From: Bacilli bacterium
GTDB taxonomy: Bacteria > Bacillota_I > Bacilli_A > RFN20 > CAG-826
Assembly: GCA_022482735.1 (NCBI GenBank)
Contig: JAKVOO010000001.1
Span: 1,222,837 to 1,286,836, forward strand
DNA: 64,000 nt
Direction: 5' to 3'
A program made the position numbers and the translations under genes. Under the pieces are notes generated by a model. That model did not search any database and was not told the DNA's origin. It saw only the letters and a program-made list of their open reading frames with translations. Positions 43,555-53,829 of this stretch are shown here, in pieces (position 1 is the first letter of the stretch; the number at the start of each line of letters is the position of its first letter).

Positions 43555-44661
43555 ATGAGAAAAATCGTAAAAAGTCCCGATGCGGAAGCTTCTTCCGGCG
43601 GAACTTCGCTAAAACTCAGCGAACGCCCGACCTTAGAAACCCGCAAACCTAAACGTAATATATCAATTTCGGCCAAGGCGTGGATTGCCTTGATACCAGC
43701 TTTATTCTTTTTAACAATATTCACAGTATATCCAATCATCAATACCACCATTATCGCTTTTATTAACAACTTTAACTGGCAAGATGGTGCAGGTTCGTTT
43801 GCCCTTAGCAATTATTTTGTTCAGTTGGCAAACTCACAAAATCCGGATCTTTTGACGCCGGTTACGGCCCCGTCATTTGGCTTCCAAAATTTCTATTATG
43901 TGTTAACGAGCTCAGAATTTCTGCGCTCACTTCTCAATACGGCGATTCTTACTTTGGTCTCAGTGCCGTTAACTATTCTCATATCCTTATTAATTGCGGT
44001 TTTCTTAAATTCGCTTAAGTGGATGCGGGGAGTCTATCAAACCATTTTCTTCCTCCCGTATGTTACCAATACGATTGCTCTAGGAATGGTCTTTAACGTC
44101 ATGTTTGGTCCATATGAGTCAGGACTAGTCAACCAGTTCATGTCTTTATTTGGTGTTTCGGCCCGGTCGTGGATTTCAACGGGCATTTCAGGAGTTATCG
44201 CTCCGACGAGATTCACTATGGGCGTGGCTATTATTACCTATACAGTTTGGACAGGAATCGCCTTCAAGATTCTCGTCTTTATGAGCGGTCTTGCGAGTAT
44301 TGATCGTCAATACTACGATGCGGCTAGAATAGATGGTAGCAGTCGATTTACTATTTTTAGGCGAATAACAGTTCCGCTGCTTAGCCCGCAATTGCTATAC
44401 ATTACAATTACGTCATTTATCGGTTCATTTAAAGCCTATACGGGAGTTATGTCCCTATTTGGCAATGGATCAGCCAACAATGGCGCTGGCGACTTCGGCG
44501 GTGCGTCAACCACCGAATGGTTGACAGTTGTTGGTTATATTTATGCTAATCGTCAATTAAGACTACCAGTAGCGGCGGCCGGCTCGGTTGTTCTATTGAT
44601 TATCATTCTTTTTATTACCGTAATTCAAATGCAGGTTTCAAAAACCCGCGTTCACTACTAA
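43555..44661 (+). CDS. ABC transporter permease (MalF/UgpA-like)
   Basis: Polytopic membrane protein. Position after the ATPase. Confidence 0.8.
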   Translation: MRKIVKSPDAEASSGGTSLKLSERPTLETRKPKRNISISAKAWIALIPALFFLTIFTVYPIINTTIIAFINNFNWQDGAGSFALSNYFVQLANSQNPDLLTPVTAPSFGFQNFYYVLTSSEFLRSLLNTAILTLVSVPLTILISLLIAVFLNSLKWMRGVYQTIFFLPYVTNTIALGMVFNVMFGPYESGLVNQFMSLFGVSARSWISTGISGVIAPTRFTMGVAIITYTVWTGIAFKILVFMSGLASIDRQYYDAARIDGSSRFTIFRRITVPLLSPQLLYITITSFIGSFKAYTGVMSLFGNGSANNGAGDFGGASTTEWLTVVGYIYANRQLRLPVAAAGSVVLLIIILFITVIQMQVSKTRVHY

Positions 44662-44673
44662 GGAGGAAATCTT

Positions 44674-45591
44674 ATGGCACAACATGAAATGTACTTCGCT
44701 AGTGAAAAAGAACGGAAGATTTGGAGGACCAAATTTATTATTTCTCGGGTTCTTCTATTTACCTTTTTGACCTTATTCGCTTTGTTTATTTTGCTTCCAT
44801 TCTGGTTTATGATTGTTACCTCATTGAAATCATCCGATGCTTACCAAATTGAGCAACAGAGAAAAATCCTTCGTTTATTTATTCCATTCAATGAGATATC
44901 ATTCTTAAATTTCTCCAAGATTTTTGGTACTAAAGGAAACTTTGGACAGTATTTTCTCAATACAGCTATCGTAGCAATAGCGTCGACCGCATTTACAGTC
45001 GTTACTTCGGTCTTGGCAGCTTTCGCTTTTGCCCGGTTAGAATTTAAAGGAAAGAATCTTCTGTTTACCATCTTCTTAGCAACGATGATGGTTCCAGGCG
45101 AAATGATGATTATTACGAACTATCAAACAGCAATTTCATTGCAGTGGGCTAATACTTTCGCCGCTTTGATTTTGGTGCACGGTATCAGTGTTTTCTATAT
45201 TTTCTATCTGCGGCAAACATTCCAGCAAATTCCAAATGAATTATACTTAGCATCGAAAGTTGATGGTTATGGAGAATTCCATTACTTGGTCAAAGTCATG
45301 GTTCCAATTGCTATGCCGACTATAGTAACAATCATCATCTTAAATATGATGGGTTCGTGGAATGCCTATATTTGGCCGAACCTAATCGCAAGTGGTACTA
45401 ACCCAATCACGGGGCAGGATATGAAGTTGGTTTCCAACGGCTTAATGAGTTTATTTACCAGTGAATTCAAAAGCGAGGATACCGTCAAGATTGCTGGATC
45501 CATGGTTGTTACAGCACCTTTATTGTTAGTCTTTATTTTCTTCCGGAAATATATCATGCGTGGTGTTTCCAGAAGTGGAATTAAGGGTTAA
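44674..45591 (+). CDS. ABC transporter permease (MalG/UgpE-like)
   Basis: Polytopic membrane protein. Adjacent permease pair. Confidence 0.8.
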   Translation: MAQHEMYFASEKERKIWRTKFIISRVLLFTFLTLFALFILLPFWFMIVTSLKSSDAYQIEQQRKILRLFIPFNEISFLNFSKIFGTKGNFGQYFLNTAIVAIASTAFTVVTSVLAAFAFARLEFKGKNLLFTIFLATMMVPGEMMIITNYQTAISLQWANTFAALILVHGISVFYIFYLRQTFQQIPNELYLASKVDGYGEFHYLVKVMVPIAMPTIVTIIILNMMGSWNAYIWPNLIASGTNPITGQDMKLVSNGLMSLFTSEFKSEDTVKIAGSMVVTAPLLLVFIFFRKYIMRGVSRSGIKG

Positions 45592-45655
45592 AATAGAGTA
45601 TGGTTAGAATATAGATTGTTGCAAAAAAACAATTGAAAGGAGTTTTTCAGAGGAC

Positions 45656-47155
45656 ATGAAAAACAAAGTTCGTTTCTTAAGTTTATCGGTTCTTACTTCT
45701 GTTGCTCTTCTCTCGGGATGTGGAAACAAGAAGTCAATCACTTTTTGGACGGGATTCGGGGCTACGGTCAACGGTGTATTACAGCCATTAATCGATCAAT
45801 TCCAAAAAGACAATCCGGAGTTTACGATTAAGTATGAAACCAAAGGTGGATATGACAATTTACAACAAGCCATTAACCTTTCGGTTTCCAATTCGGCCTA
45901 CCCCAACATTGCAGTTGGATATCCAGATCATATGGCAAGCTATATGATGGCCAACATTCTTTTGCCGCTTGATAGTTATATTGCGGGAGAAGATGGAGTC
46001 GATCTTACTGATTTCAACCAAGACTATCTTGTGGAGAACCAAAGCTTGGCCTACCACAAAAAGACGGATGGTACAAATGACTATGAAAATCCATACACCA
46101 TGGGACTTCCATTTAATAAATCAACGGAAGTAATGGTGGCCAATCAAACATTCGTTGATTGGATTATTACCAAGGATGAAACCAACACAATCAAAGTTCC
46201 AGAGACTTGGCAAGAAGCAAAAGTCGTAGGCGAAAAAATTCTTGCGATTATGAAAGATGGCGATTACTACGGAAAATATATCGATTTGGATGGGAATATT
46301 TTAGTCCCAGAAGGCGATAAATTAACTTCCGAAGAAAAAGCTCAAGTGTTACTTGATTTAACACAGACTAATGAAAACAATTTCCGTCCGTTCTCATGGG
46401 ATTCTACAGCGAACTTCTTCATCACGATTGTCCGTGATTGGGGTGGAACTTATACCGAGATGGGTAATGATATCCGTAGTGGTTATCTCCAATTTGATTC
46501 AGCTGAAACACGCGCTGCCTTATCATTCTTTCAAGAGATGGCCCACGAAAGCGTTATTGGTGTTCCTCAAAACTGGGGTGAATCAAGTTTCTCATCAACG
46601 CCATTCAATGCCAATAAAACTATTTTTACGATTTCATCTTCGGCGGGTGTCACTTCGAATATTCCACCGAATAATGCCTTTAAAGTAAGCATTAACGCCA
46701 TTCCTTTTAACCAAGGCGAGACCAAATATGTTATCTCGCAAGGAACTAACTTGATGTTGTTTGACCAAGGCAGCGATGAAGCTAAAGCCTATAGCTGGAA
46801 GTTAATTAAGTACTTAACCACACAGGTTAATGACAGATTTGCTTTAGGAACAGCTTATTATCCAGTTACTAAGACAATGGCTAATACTCAGACCTATCTT
46901 GATTTCTTAAGCAATACCGATGGTAAAACAGCTTCACAATTGGCAGTAATTAATGCCGCTCAATTGAATGTTGATGTTTATGATGCTGAGGATAGTTCTT
47001 GGGTAAAGTTTGTTGATCCAGGATTCTATGGCTCTTCAGAGATTCGTTCAGCTGTAAGCAACATTGTTCCGCGCGTTTTCAATGATGAAGGGGCGACAGT
47101 TGATGGTGTTTTAGCTGATGTATTGACTACTTTGAAACCATATATCAAGAAATAA
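45656..47155 (+). CDS. ABC transporter substrate-binding lipoprotein (family 1 sugar SBP-like)
   Basis: Lipobox LLSGCGN. ~500-aa soluble domain. Operon position. Confidence 0.75.
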   Translation: MKNKVRFLSLSVLTSVALLSGCGNKKSITFWTGFGATVNGVLQPLIDQFQKDNPEFTIKYETKGGYDNLQQAINLSVSNSAYPNIAVGYPDHMASYMMANILLPLDSYIAGEDGVDLTDFNQDYLVENQSLAYHKKTDGTNDYENPYTMGLPFNKSTEVMVANQTFVDWIITKDETNTIKVPETWQEAKVVGEKILAIMKDGDYYGKYIDLDGNILVPEGDKLTSEEKAQVLLDLTQTNENNFRPFSWDSTANFFITIVRDWGGTYTEMGNDIRSGYLQFDSAETRAALSFFQEMAHESVIGVPQNWGESSFSSTPFNANKTIFTISSSAGVTSNIPPNNAFKVSINAIPFNQGETKYVISQGTNLMLFDQGSDEAKAYSWKLIKYLTTQVNDRFALGTAYYPVTKTMANTQTYLDFLSNTDGKTASQLAVINAAQLNVDVYDAEDSSWVKFVDPGFYGSSEIRSAVSNIVPRVFNDEGATVDGVLADVLTTLKPYIKK

Positions 47156-47169
47156 CAAGGAGAAAAATA

Positions 47170-48294
47170 ATGAAAAAAGTAACTTCAACAATTTTTGGTC
47201 TTGTCGCAGCTTTTGCTCTTGTCGGTTGTTCCGGCGGCGGTGAAAGTGTTGATGCTTCCTCGCTAGTCTCGACAGCAATTAACAACCCGGCGATTTTGAT
47301 TTACAACAATCGCGGTATGTTAAATACCGAGACAATCGAACTAGATGGCAATACTGAGGAAACGGTTACCATCACGACTCAACTTACAGTTAGTGGTCAT
47401 CCAGTTGGCATTCAATGGGTGCCGAATTCAGGCAGCGTATTTTCTTTCGGGGCCGAAGATGATAATCATCACATCGTTGCCACTCCAAATTATCCAGAAG
47501 TTGGCGGCGACAATATCGGTGCTACACTTACGGCCAAAGCCATTTTCGATGGCGTTGAATCTGATCCGATGACTTATACCTTTGTTTTCAAAGCTCCAGA
47601 GAAGAAATTCGAAAAAATGCCATTGAGCGAAATCCGGACTAAAGCTACTAGTAAAGAACGGGTTTGGGTTGAAGGTCAAGTTACGGCTATTATGCCTGAC
47701 TTTGATATCGCCTATATCCAAGAAAATGGATATGCCATTGGTTTATACAAGTTATCTACCTCTGGTAGTCAAATCACCTTGCTTGATGGATCAACTCGGG
47801 ACATCCAAATTGGTGACTATGTTAAGGCCATTGGCGAATATGCACCTTACAATGGTCTAGCCGAAGTCAGCTTTATTGAAAGCCTGGTTGAAGTGGAAAA
47901 GCCGGCCGGATTCGAACTCGGTGAAGTCAAGACACTTACCGGCTCCGATTTTGAAATCGATCCAATGACGCAAATGTTCCCGGTTACCAATTACGACGGA
48001 ACACTCGTCCAAGTAAATGGACTTGAATTTGTTAAGTTTACGGATAAAGATGGAAACACAATCAGTGCGCTTCCAACTGACGGCAAGACCCACTCCAATA
48101 TTGTCTGTATGTTAGGTGACACGCAAGTTTCAATTTATGTTTCCTACCATATCGGTTCAGCCAATCAAACCGCAATTGCTGGTTTCTTCAGTTCATTAGC
48201 TGCTGGAGCCAAGTTTAACTACAGTGGTATTCTTGGTTGGTATACCAATCCCAATTTGGGCATTATTTCGGTCAGTGATTTAGCACTTGCCTAA
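47170..48294 (+). CDS. Lipoprotein of unknown function, co-transcribed with the ABC importer
   Basis: Lipobox ALVGCSGGGES. No recognisable catalytic motif. Confidence 0.5.
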   Translation: MKKVTSTIFGLVAAFALVGCSGGGESVDASSLVSTAINNPAILIYNNRGMLNTETIELDGNTEETVTITTQLTVSGHPVGIQWVPNSGSVFSFGAEDDNHHIVATPNYPEVGGDNIGATLTAKAIFDGVESDPMTYTFVFKAPEKKFEKMPLSEIRTKATSKERVWVEGQVTAIMPDFDIAYIQENGYAIGLYKLSTSGSQITLLDGSTRDIQIGDYVKAIGEYAPYNGLAEVSFIESLVEVEKPAGFELGEVKTLTGSDFEIDPMTQMFPVTNYDGTLVQVNGLEFVKFTDKDGNTISALPTDGKTHSNIVCMLGDTQVSIYVSYHIGSANQTAIAGFFSSLAAGAKFNYSGILGWYTNPNLGIISVSDLALA

Positions 48295-48320
48295 TAATCC
48301 TAAATAGATCTAATTACTAA

Positions 48321-48351
48321 AGGCTTAGAGAAAAACTCTAAGCCTTTTTTT
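48321..48351 (+). terminator. Rho-independent terminator
   Basis: aggcttagag aaaaa ctctaagcct plus T7. Confidence 0.85.
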
Positions 48352-48400
48352 CTTCTTGCAATAAATCGTTTCTTGATATACAATAACAACGCTTTATAGC

Positions 48401-48476
<76 letters not shown>

Positions 48477-48487
48477 TGAGATAAATT

Positions 48488-48510
48488 CTCCCTTTCAAGG
48501 GAGTTTTTTA
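48488..48510 (+). terminator. Rho-independent terminator after tRNA-Lys
   Basis: tctccctttcaagggaga plus T6. Confidence 0.7.
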
Positions 48511-48533
48511 TTTTTAATTTTAGCGCGTATAAT

Positions 48534-48986
48534 ATGAATGTTAGGAGTGAGAACAAAATGGGTAAAATGAATCTAACATTAGCGCGCCGCTATCTTGCCG
48601 CTTTAAAAAAGGGCCAATCACAAAAGTATCTCAATCGCGATAATCTCGCCAAATTAATTGGAGTCTACTCGGACATTGTGGCATTAGATTTAAGTTTCTT
48701 TGATCCCCTCGTTAATATGGACTATGATTATGATCTTCTTACATTAATTCCCAATATTGAAAACTACATTTCTAATATCGTTAAGCAGAAGAGCAAAGCA
48801 AAAAATAATTTACACCTGAAACGCAATGAATTAGATCGTTATGCTTCAATCGGCGAATTTGTTTTTACTAAGATGACAATCGGTGCCAGTGGAATCGTTA
48901 ATAAAAATGTCACTCTTAGCGATAAAGATTTACTTTTGTTAAAAAAACTTATTTTGCGCGAAATTAAAAATCGGAATAAAAAGTAA
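48534..48986 (+). CDS. Hypothetical protein (150 aa, Lys/Asn-rich)
   Basis: ORF only. No motif recognised. Confidence 0.3.
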   Translation: MNVRSENKMGKMNLTLARRYLAALKKGQSQKYLNRDNLAKLIGVYSDIVALDLSFFDPLVNMDYDYDLLTLIPNIENYISNIVKQKSKAKNNLHLKRNELDRYASIGEFVFTKMTIGASGIVNKNVTLSDKDLLLLKKLILREIKNRNKK

Positions 48987-48994
48987 ATATCCTT

Positions 48995-49037
48995 TTGCCC
49001 CGCAAGCCAGTATTTGGTAGAGGGGCAATTTTTTTTG
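48995..49037 (+). terminator. Rho-independent terminator
   Basis: ttgcccc...ggggcaa plus T8. Confidence 0.6.
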
Positions 49038-49117
49038 AAAAAAGTGGAGGGAAACCTTAATTTTAGATGTTTATTATTGTATAATAAAAAGCGGTTATGA
49101 AATGATGGAGGAAAAAT

Positions 49118-52100
49118 ATGTCAGAAATTAAAAAATCATTCTTATCCGTCGATGGAAATACGGCAGCAGCCTTAGAAAGTTATAACTTTGCTGAAGTCGC
49201 TGCGATATATCCTATTACACCATCGTCCCCTATTGCGGAATACATCGACCTCTATGCTTCTCAAGGAAAGAAAAGTTTCTTTGATAACACAGTAAAAGTC
49301 GTTGAAATGCAATCGGAAGCAGGGGCGGCGGGCGCAGTCCATGGTGCCTTACAGGCCGGCTCTTATGCCGTTACCTATACCGCTTCACAGGGACTATTAT
49401 TGATGCTTCCAAACATTTACAAGATTGTGGGCGAAATGTTACCTGCTGTCTTCCATGTTGCGGCTCGTAGTATTGCGACCCGGGCTCTTTCTATTTTTGG
49501 TGATCACCAGGACATCTATGCCGTTCGGCAAACCGGTGCGACGATGATCTGTGCTCATAGTGTTCAAGAAGTGGCAGACTTGGCGCCAGTAGCGCACCTT
49601 GTGGCTATGGAATCTATGAACCCTGTTATTCACTTCTTTGATGGTTTCCGTACTTCTCATGAAATTCAAAACATTGAATTTGTCGATAATGAAGAATGGA
49701 AGAAACTATTACCTTTAGATAAGATTGAGGAATTCCGGAAACGGGCTCTTAATCCTCATGGCCATGCGGTTACTCGCGGTGGCGCCGAAAACGATGATAT
49801 TTATTTCCAAGGAAGAGAAGCGGCCAACTTACATAATGACGCAGTTATCGGAATTGCCGAAAAGTATTTTGCGGAAGCAAGTCGGTTAACTGGCCGTGAA
49901 TACGCCCCGTTTGTCTATGTGGGAGCCAAAGATGCGACAAAAGTTATTATCGCGATGGGTTCCGTTACTGAAACAATTACGGAAGTGGTCGAAGATTTAA
50001 ATAGAAAAGGTGAAAAAATCGGCTTAGTTAAAGTTCACCTTTATCGTCCTTTTTCAGCCAAACACTTGGTCAATGTTATCCCAAGCACCGTTAAGAAAAT
50101 TGCGGTTTTGGATAGAACCAAAGAAATTGGCGCCTTGGGTGAACCACTATATGTTGATGTGGTTACGTCCTTTGCTCAAGTTGGACGGCAAGTTGATGTT
50201 ATTGTCGGCGGCCGTTATGGACTTAGCAGTAAAGATACTCAACCGAAGCATATTAAAGCGGTCTTTGACTTCCTCGATAACAAGCCCTGGAACTCATTTA
50301 CTGTTGGCATTGATGACGATGTTACTCATTTGAGCGTTGCCCCAGATGAAGAATATGTTCTCAAACATGATTATCGTTCCTGCCTATTCTATGGATTGGG
50401 TTCGGATGGAACAGTTGGGGCCAATAAATCTTCTATTAAAATTATCGGTGATGCCACTGGTCAATATGCGCAAGCCTATTTCGCCTATGACTCCCGGAAA
50501 TCAGGTGGAGCAACCCGTTCCCACTTGCGGTTTGGTAAGTCTCCAATTCACTCAACGTATTATGTTGAGAACGCCGATTTTGTCTCTTGCTCTCTTGATT
50601 CCTATCTTTTCCAATTCGATATGGTTAGAAACCTCGGTGAGGGAGGAACCTTCCTTCTTAACACCGATATGGATGATGAGACATTGGAAAAAACGATGCC
50701 GAATCGGATGAAGTATCTCTTAGCCAAGAAGCATGCAAAATTCTATGCCATTGATGCAAATAAAATTGCGGAAAGCATTGGCATGGGACGGCATACCAAT
50801 ACAACCTTACAAGCGGCGTTCTTCTATCTCAATCAGGATATTATGCCCTATTCTGAGGCGCAAGATTGGATGAAGAAGCTTGCCAAGAAGACCTATGGTC
50901 GTAAGGGCGATGAAATTGTTCAAAAGAACTATAAAGCAATCGACATGGGGGCTGAAGGTCTCCGTGAAGTAAAAGTAAAAGCCGAATGGATTAAGTTGAA
51001 ACCAGTAAAAGAAGTTGTTACAACTGGTGATGAATACTTTGATACATTTGTGACTCCGATCGACAAACTAGAGGGTAATGATTTACCAGGTCAGTCGTTT
51101 CACTAAAGATGAACTTCTCGACGGAACGATGCAAAACAACATTACATTCAAACAAAAGCGGAAAATTGCTTCCATGGTTCCACATTGGAACAAGGATAAT
51201 TGTATCCAATGTAATACCTGTTCATTTGTTTGTCCCCATGCTACAATTCGTCCTTTCTTAATAAGCGAAGAAGAGATGAAGGGAATGCCAGAGGTCATTA
51301 AGGATGATGTACTTCAAGCAATGGGACCAAATGTAAAAGAATTTAAGTTCCGAATTCAAGTTTCAACCGCGAACTGTGTCGGATGTGGATTATGCGCAGT
51401 TACGTGCCCCGGCAAGGGTGGACAAAAAGCCCTTACGATGGTTGAGGCTCGGGGTGAATATCCGTTGGAAGCCGGTGCTGATTACCTATATCAACACGTT
51501 TCCTATAAAGCGGATAAGTTCCCGACGAACTCACCAAAGGGTGTTGGATTCCTTCGCCCTTATCACGAAATCAGCGGCTCCTGCGCCGGTTGCGGTGAAA
51601 CTCCTTACTACCGTTTAGTTACGCAACTATTCGGAAAAGATATGATGATTGCCAATGCAACGGGTTGCTCGTCAATTTATTGTGGTAGCACTCCCGGCAC
51701 GCCCTTTATTTCCGATGAGAATGGTGATGGTGTGGCTTGGGCCAACTCTCTATTTGAAGATAACGCTGAATTTGGTTTCGGTATGCGGACGGCTAATGAC
51801 TACAAGTTATCAACCATTTGCAAAATACTTGATGCCAACAAAGCGGAAGTTGAACCTGAACTGCAAGCTCTAATTGATGAATATGAAAAGAGCATTAAGG
51901 ATCGGGAAGCTTCACGGAAGATTATTCCTGGTTTGATTGAAGCCTTAAAGAAGAGCGCTAATGAACCGATAAAAGAAGCGCTAAAATATGAGGCGGATTT
52001 CCTTGATAAGTCAATTTGGATTGTCGGTGGAGATGGCTGGGCTTACGATATCGGTTATGGTGGCTTAGATCACGTTTTGGCAAGTGGCGCGGACGTTAAT

Positions 52101-52652
52101 ATCCTTGTCCTTGATACCGAAATTTACTCCAATACTGGCGGACAAGCTTCTAAATCAACGCAAACCGGCGCTATTGCTAAGTTTGCTGCTAGTGGAAAAA
52201 CCGGTTCCAAGAAGAATTTAGCACTTATGGCGATGGCTTATGGTGATGTTTATGTCGCTCAAGTCTCACTTGGCGGCAATCCAATGAAGACCATTCAAGC
52301 CTTTAAGGAAGCTGAATCTTATCACGGACCTTCGATTATTATCGCTTATTCGCCATGTACAGAGCATGGTATTAAAGGTGGCCTCTCTAATCACAACACC
52401 GTGGAGAAGAAAGCGGTTGAATGTGGCTATTGGCCAGTATTCCGCTACGATCCACGTAAAGAAGTCGCGGATAAATCAGGCCTAGAAATAGACTGCAAAG
52501 AACCCGATTACAGCAAATTTAGAGAATTTGTCATGGGTGAAACCCGCTTTGCTCAGTTGCCGGCGGTGAATCCGGATAATGCCGAGTTCCTCTTGAACAA
52601 AGCTCAAGAAGAAGCCAAGAAACGGTTTGACCGGGTTAAGAAATTTGCCTAA
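49118..52652 (+). CDS. Pyruvate:ferredoxin (flavodoxin) oxidoreductase, interrupted by an apparent +1 frameshift at ~51089
   Basis: ORF 49118..51106 (domains I-III) and ORF 51078..52652 (ferredoxin 2x[4Fe-4S] CIQCNTCSFVCPH / CVGCGLCAVTCP, and TPP domain GDGW...). The junction reads GNDLP|VSRFTKDELLDGTMQ once one G of CCAGG is removed. Confidence 0.9.
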
Positions 52653-52661
52653 TAAAAAAAT

Positions 52662-52692
52662 GCCTCCCGAGGTTTTCTCGGGAGGCTTTTTT
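52662..52692. terminator. Bidirectional terminator between convergent genes
   Basis: gcctcccgag gtttt ctcgggaggc flanked by A-run and T-run. Confidence 0.85.
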
Positions 52693-52711
52693 AATATCCA
52701 GCGTTTATTAT

Positions 52712-53486
52712 TTATTCCATAAACAAATAACTGGTCATTGATAAAGATCCAAATGTATATCCTTTGTTAAACACCTCAATTTTATCTTCTGGAGTTACAA
52801 GGCCTAAAATGTAAAGCAAGGGATAAAAGTGATCAAGATAGGGAACCGCCAAATGACTACCAGATAATGAATGGTATGCGGTGACTTTATCAAAATTTCG
52901 ATTTAAGATTGCCTTTTCTATTTCATCGTCAAATGCTCGAGCCCAAATAAAAGGATCGTCAAGGTGACCAGGATCCATAAGTCGAAGGTTATGAACAATG
53001 TTGCCACTGCCGATAATTAAAATATTTTTATCGCGTAAAGAAGATAAATCCTTGCCAATACTAAAAGCTTCGTAAGATGATATGTCACCATTAACGCTCA
53101 ACTGTAAAACGGGGATATCAGCTTGTGGAAACATTTTGGCTTAAAACGGACCATGTTCCGTGGTCGATTCCCCAGCTATTGTCCACCTGAACTTTGCCTT
53201 GAGTAAGACTGATAATTTGTTCGGCCAGTCGTGGACTGCCTACAGGACGATATTTCAATTGATATAGTTCGGCTGGGAATCCATACATATCATATATTTG
53301 GCGTGGTAAATCCAAGTTATTGACGACATTTTTATCAGTAAACCAATGAGCAGAAATAACAAGAATTGCCTCTGGGCGACTAATTTTTTTAGCGATTTCT
53401 TGCCAACCACGCGTATATATATTATCTTCAATGGCATTCATCGGCGATCCATGACCAACGAAAATGACAGGCTGTTTTTTTGACAT
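52712..53486 (-). CDS. Extradiol ring-cleavage dioxygenase, class III (YgiD/4,5-DOPA dioxygenase-like), interrupted by an apparent +1 frameshift at ~53134-53137
   Basis: N-terminal ORF (VIFVGHGSPMNA...DHGTWSVLSQ) and C-terminal ORF (MFPQADIPVLQLS...HNLR...YLDHFYPLLY) are collinear with YgiD. The junction is restored by deleting one A in CAAAATG. Confidence 0.8.
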
Positions 53487-53534
53487 AATATTTCCCTCTT
53501 TTTAAATGATAACAAAAAAATGAGAATAAAAAAA

Positions 53535-53611
<77 letters not shown>

Positions 53612-53829
53612 ACCGCAATATCTATTATACTAACCTACCTTAAATTTTCAATTGCAAAATTCACAGTCAAATTCTTTTGGTGCCAAAATTATGATAATCG
53701 GCATAATAAAAAAACAAAGCTAGGGCAATATTATTTTTCTTCCCTTAGTTTAATGGTAAAAAAAGTAGTCAAAATAATATCATGATTTGCTTACATAGGG
53801 TAAAATAACTAAATGAGGTGTTACTAACT

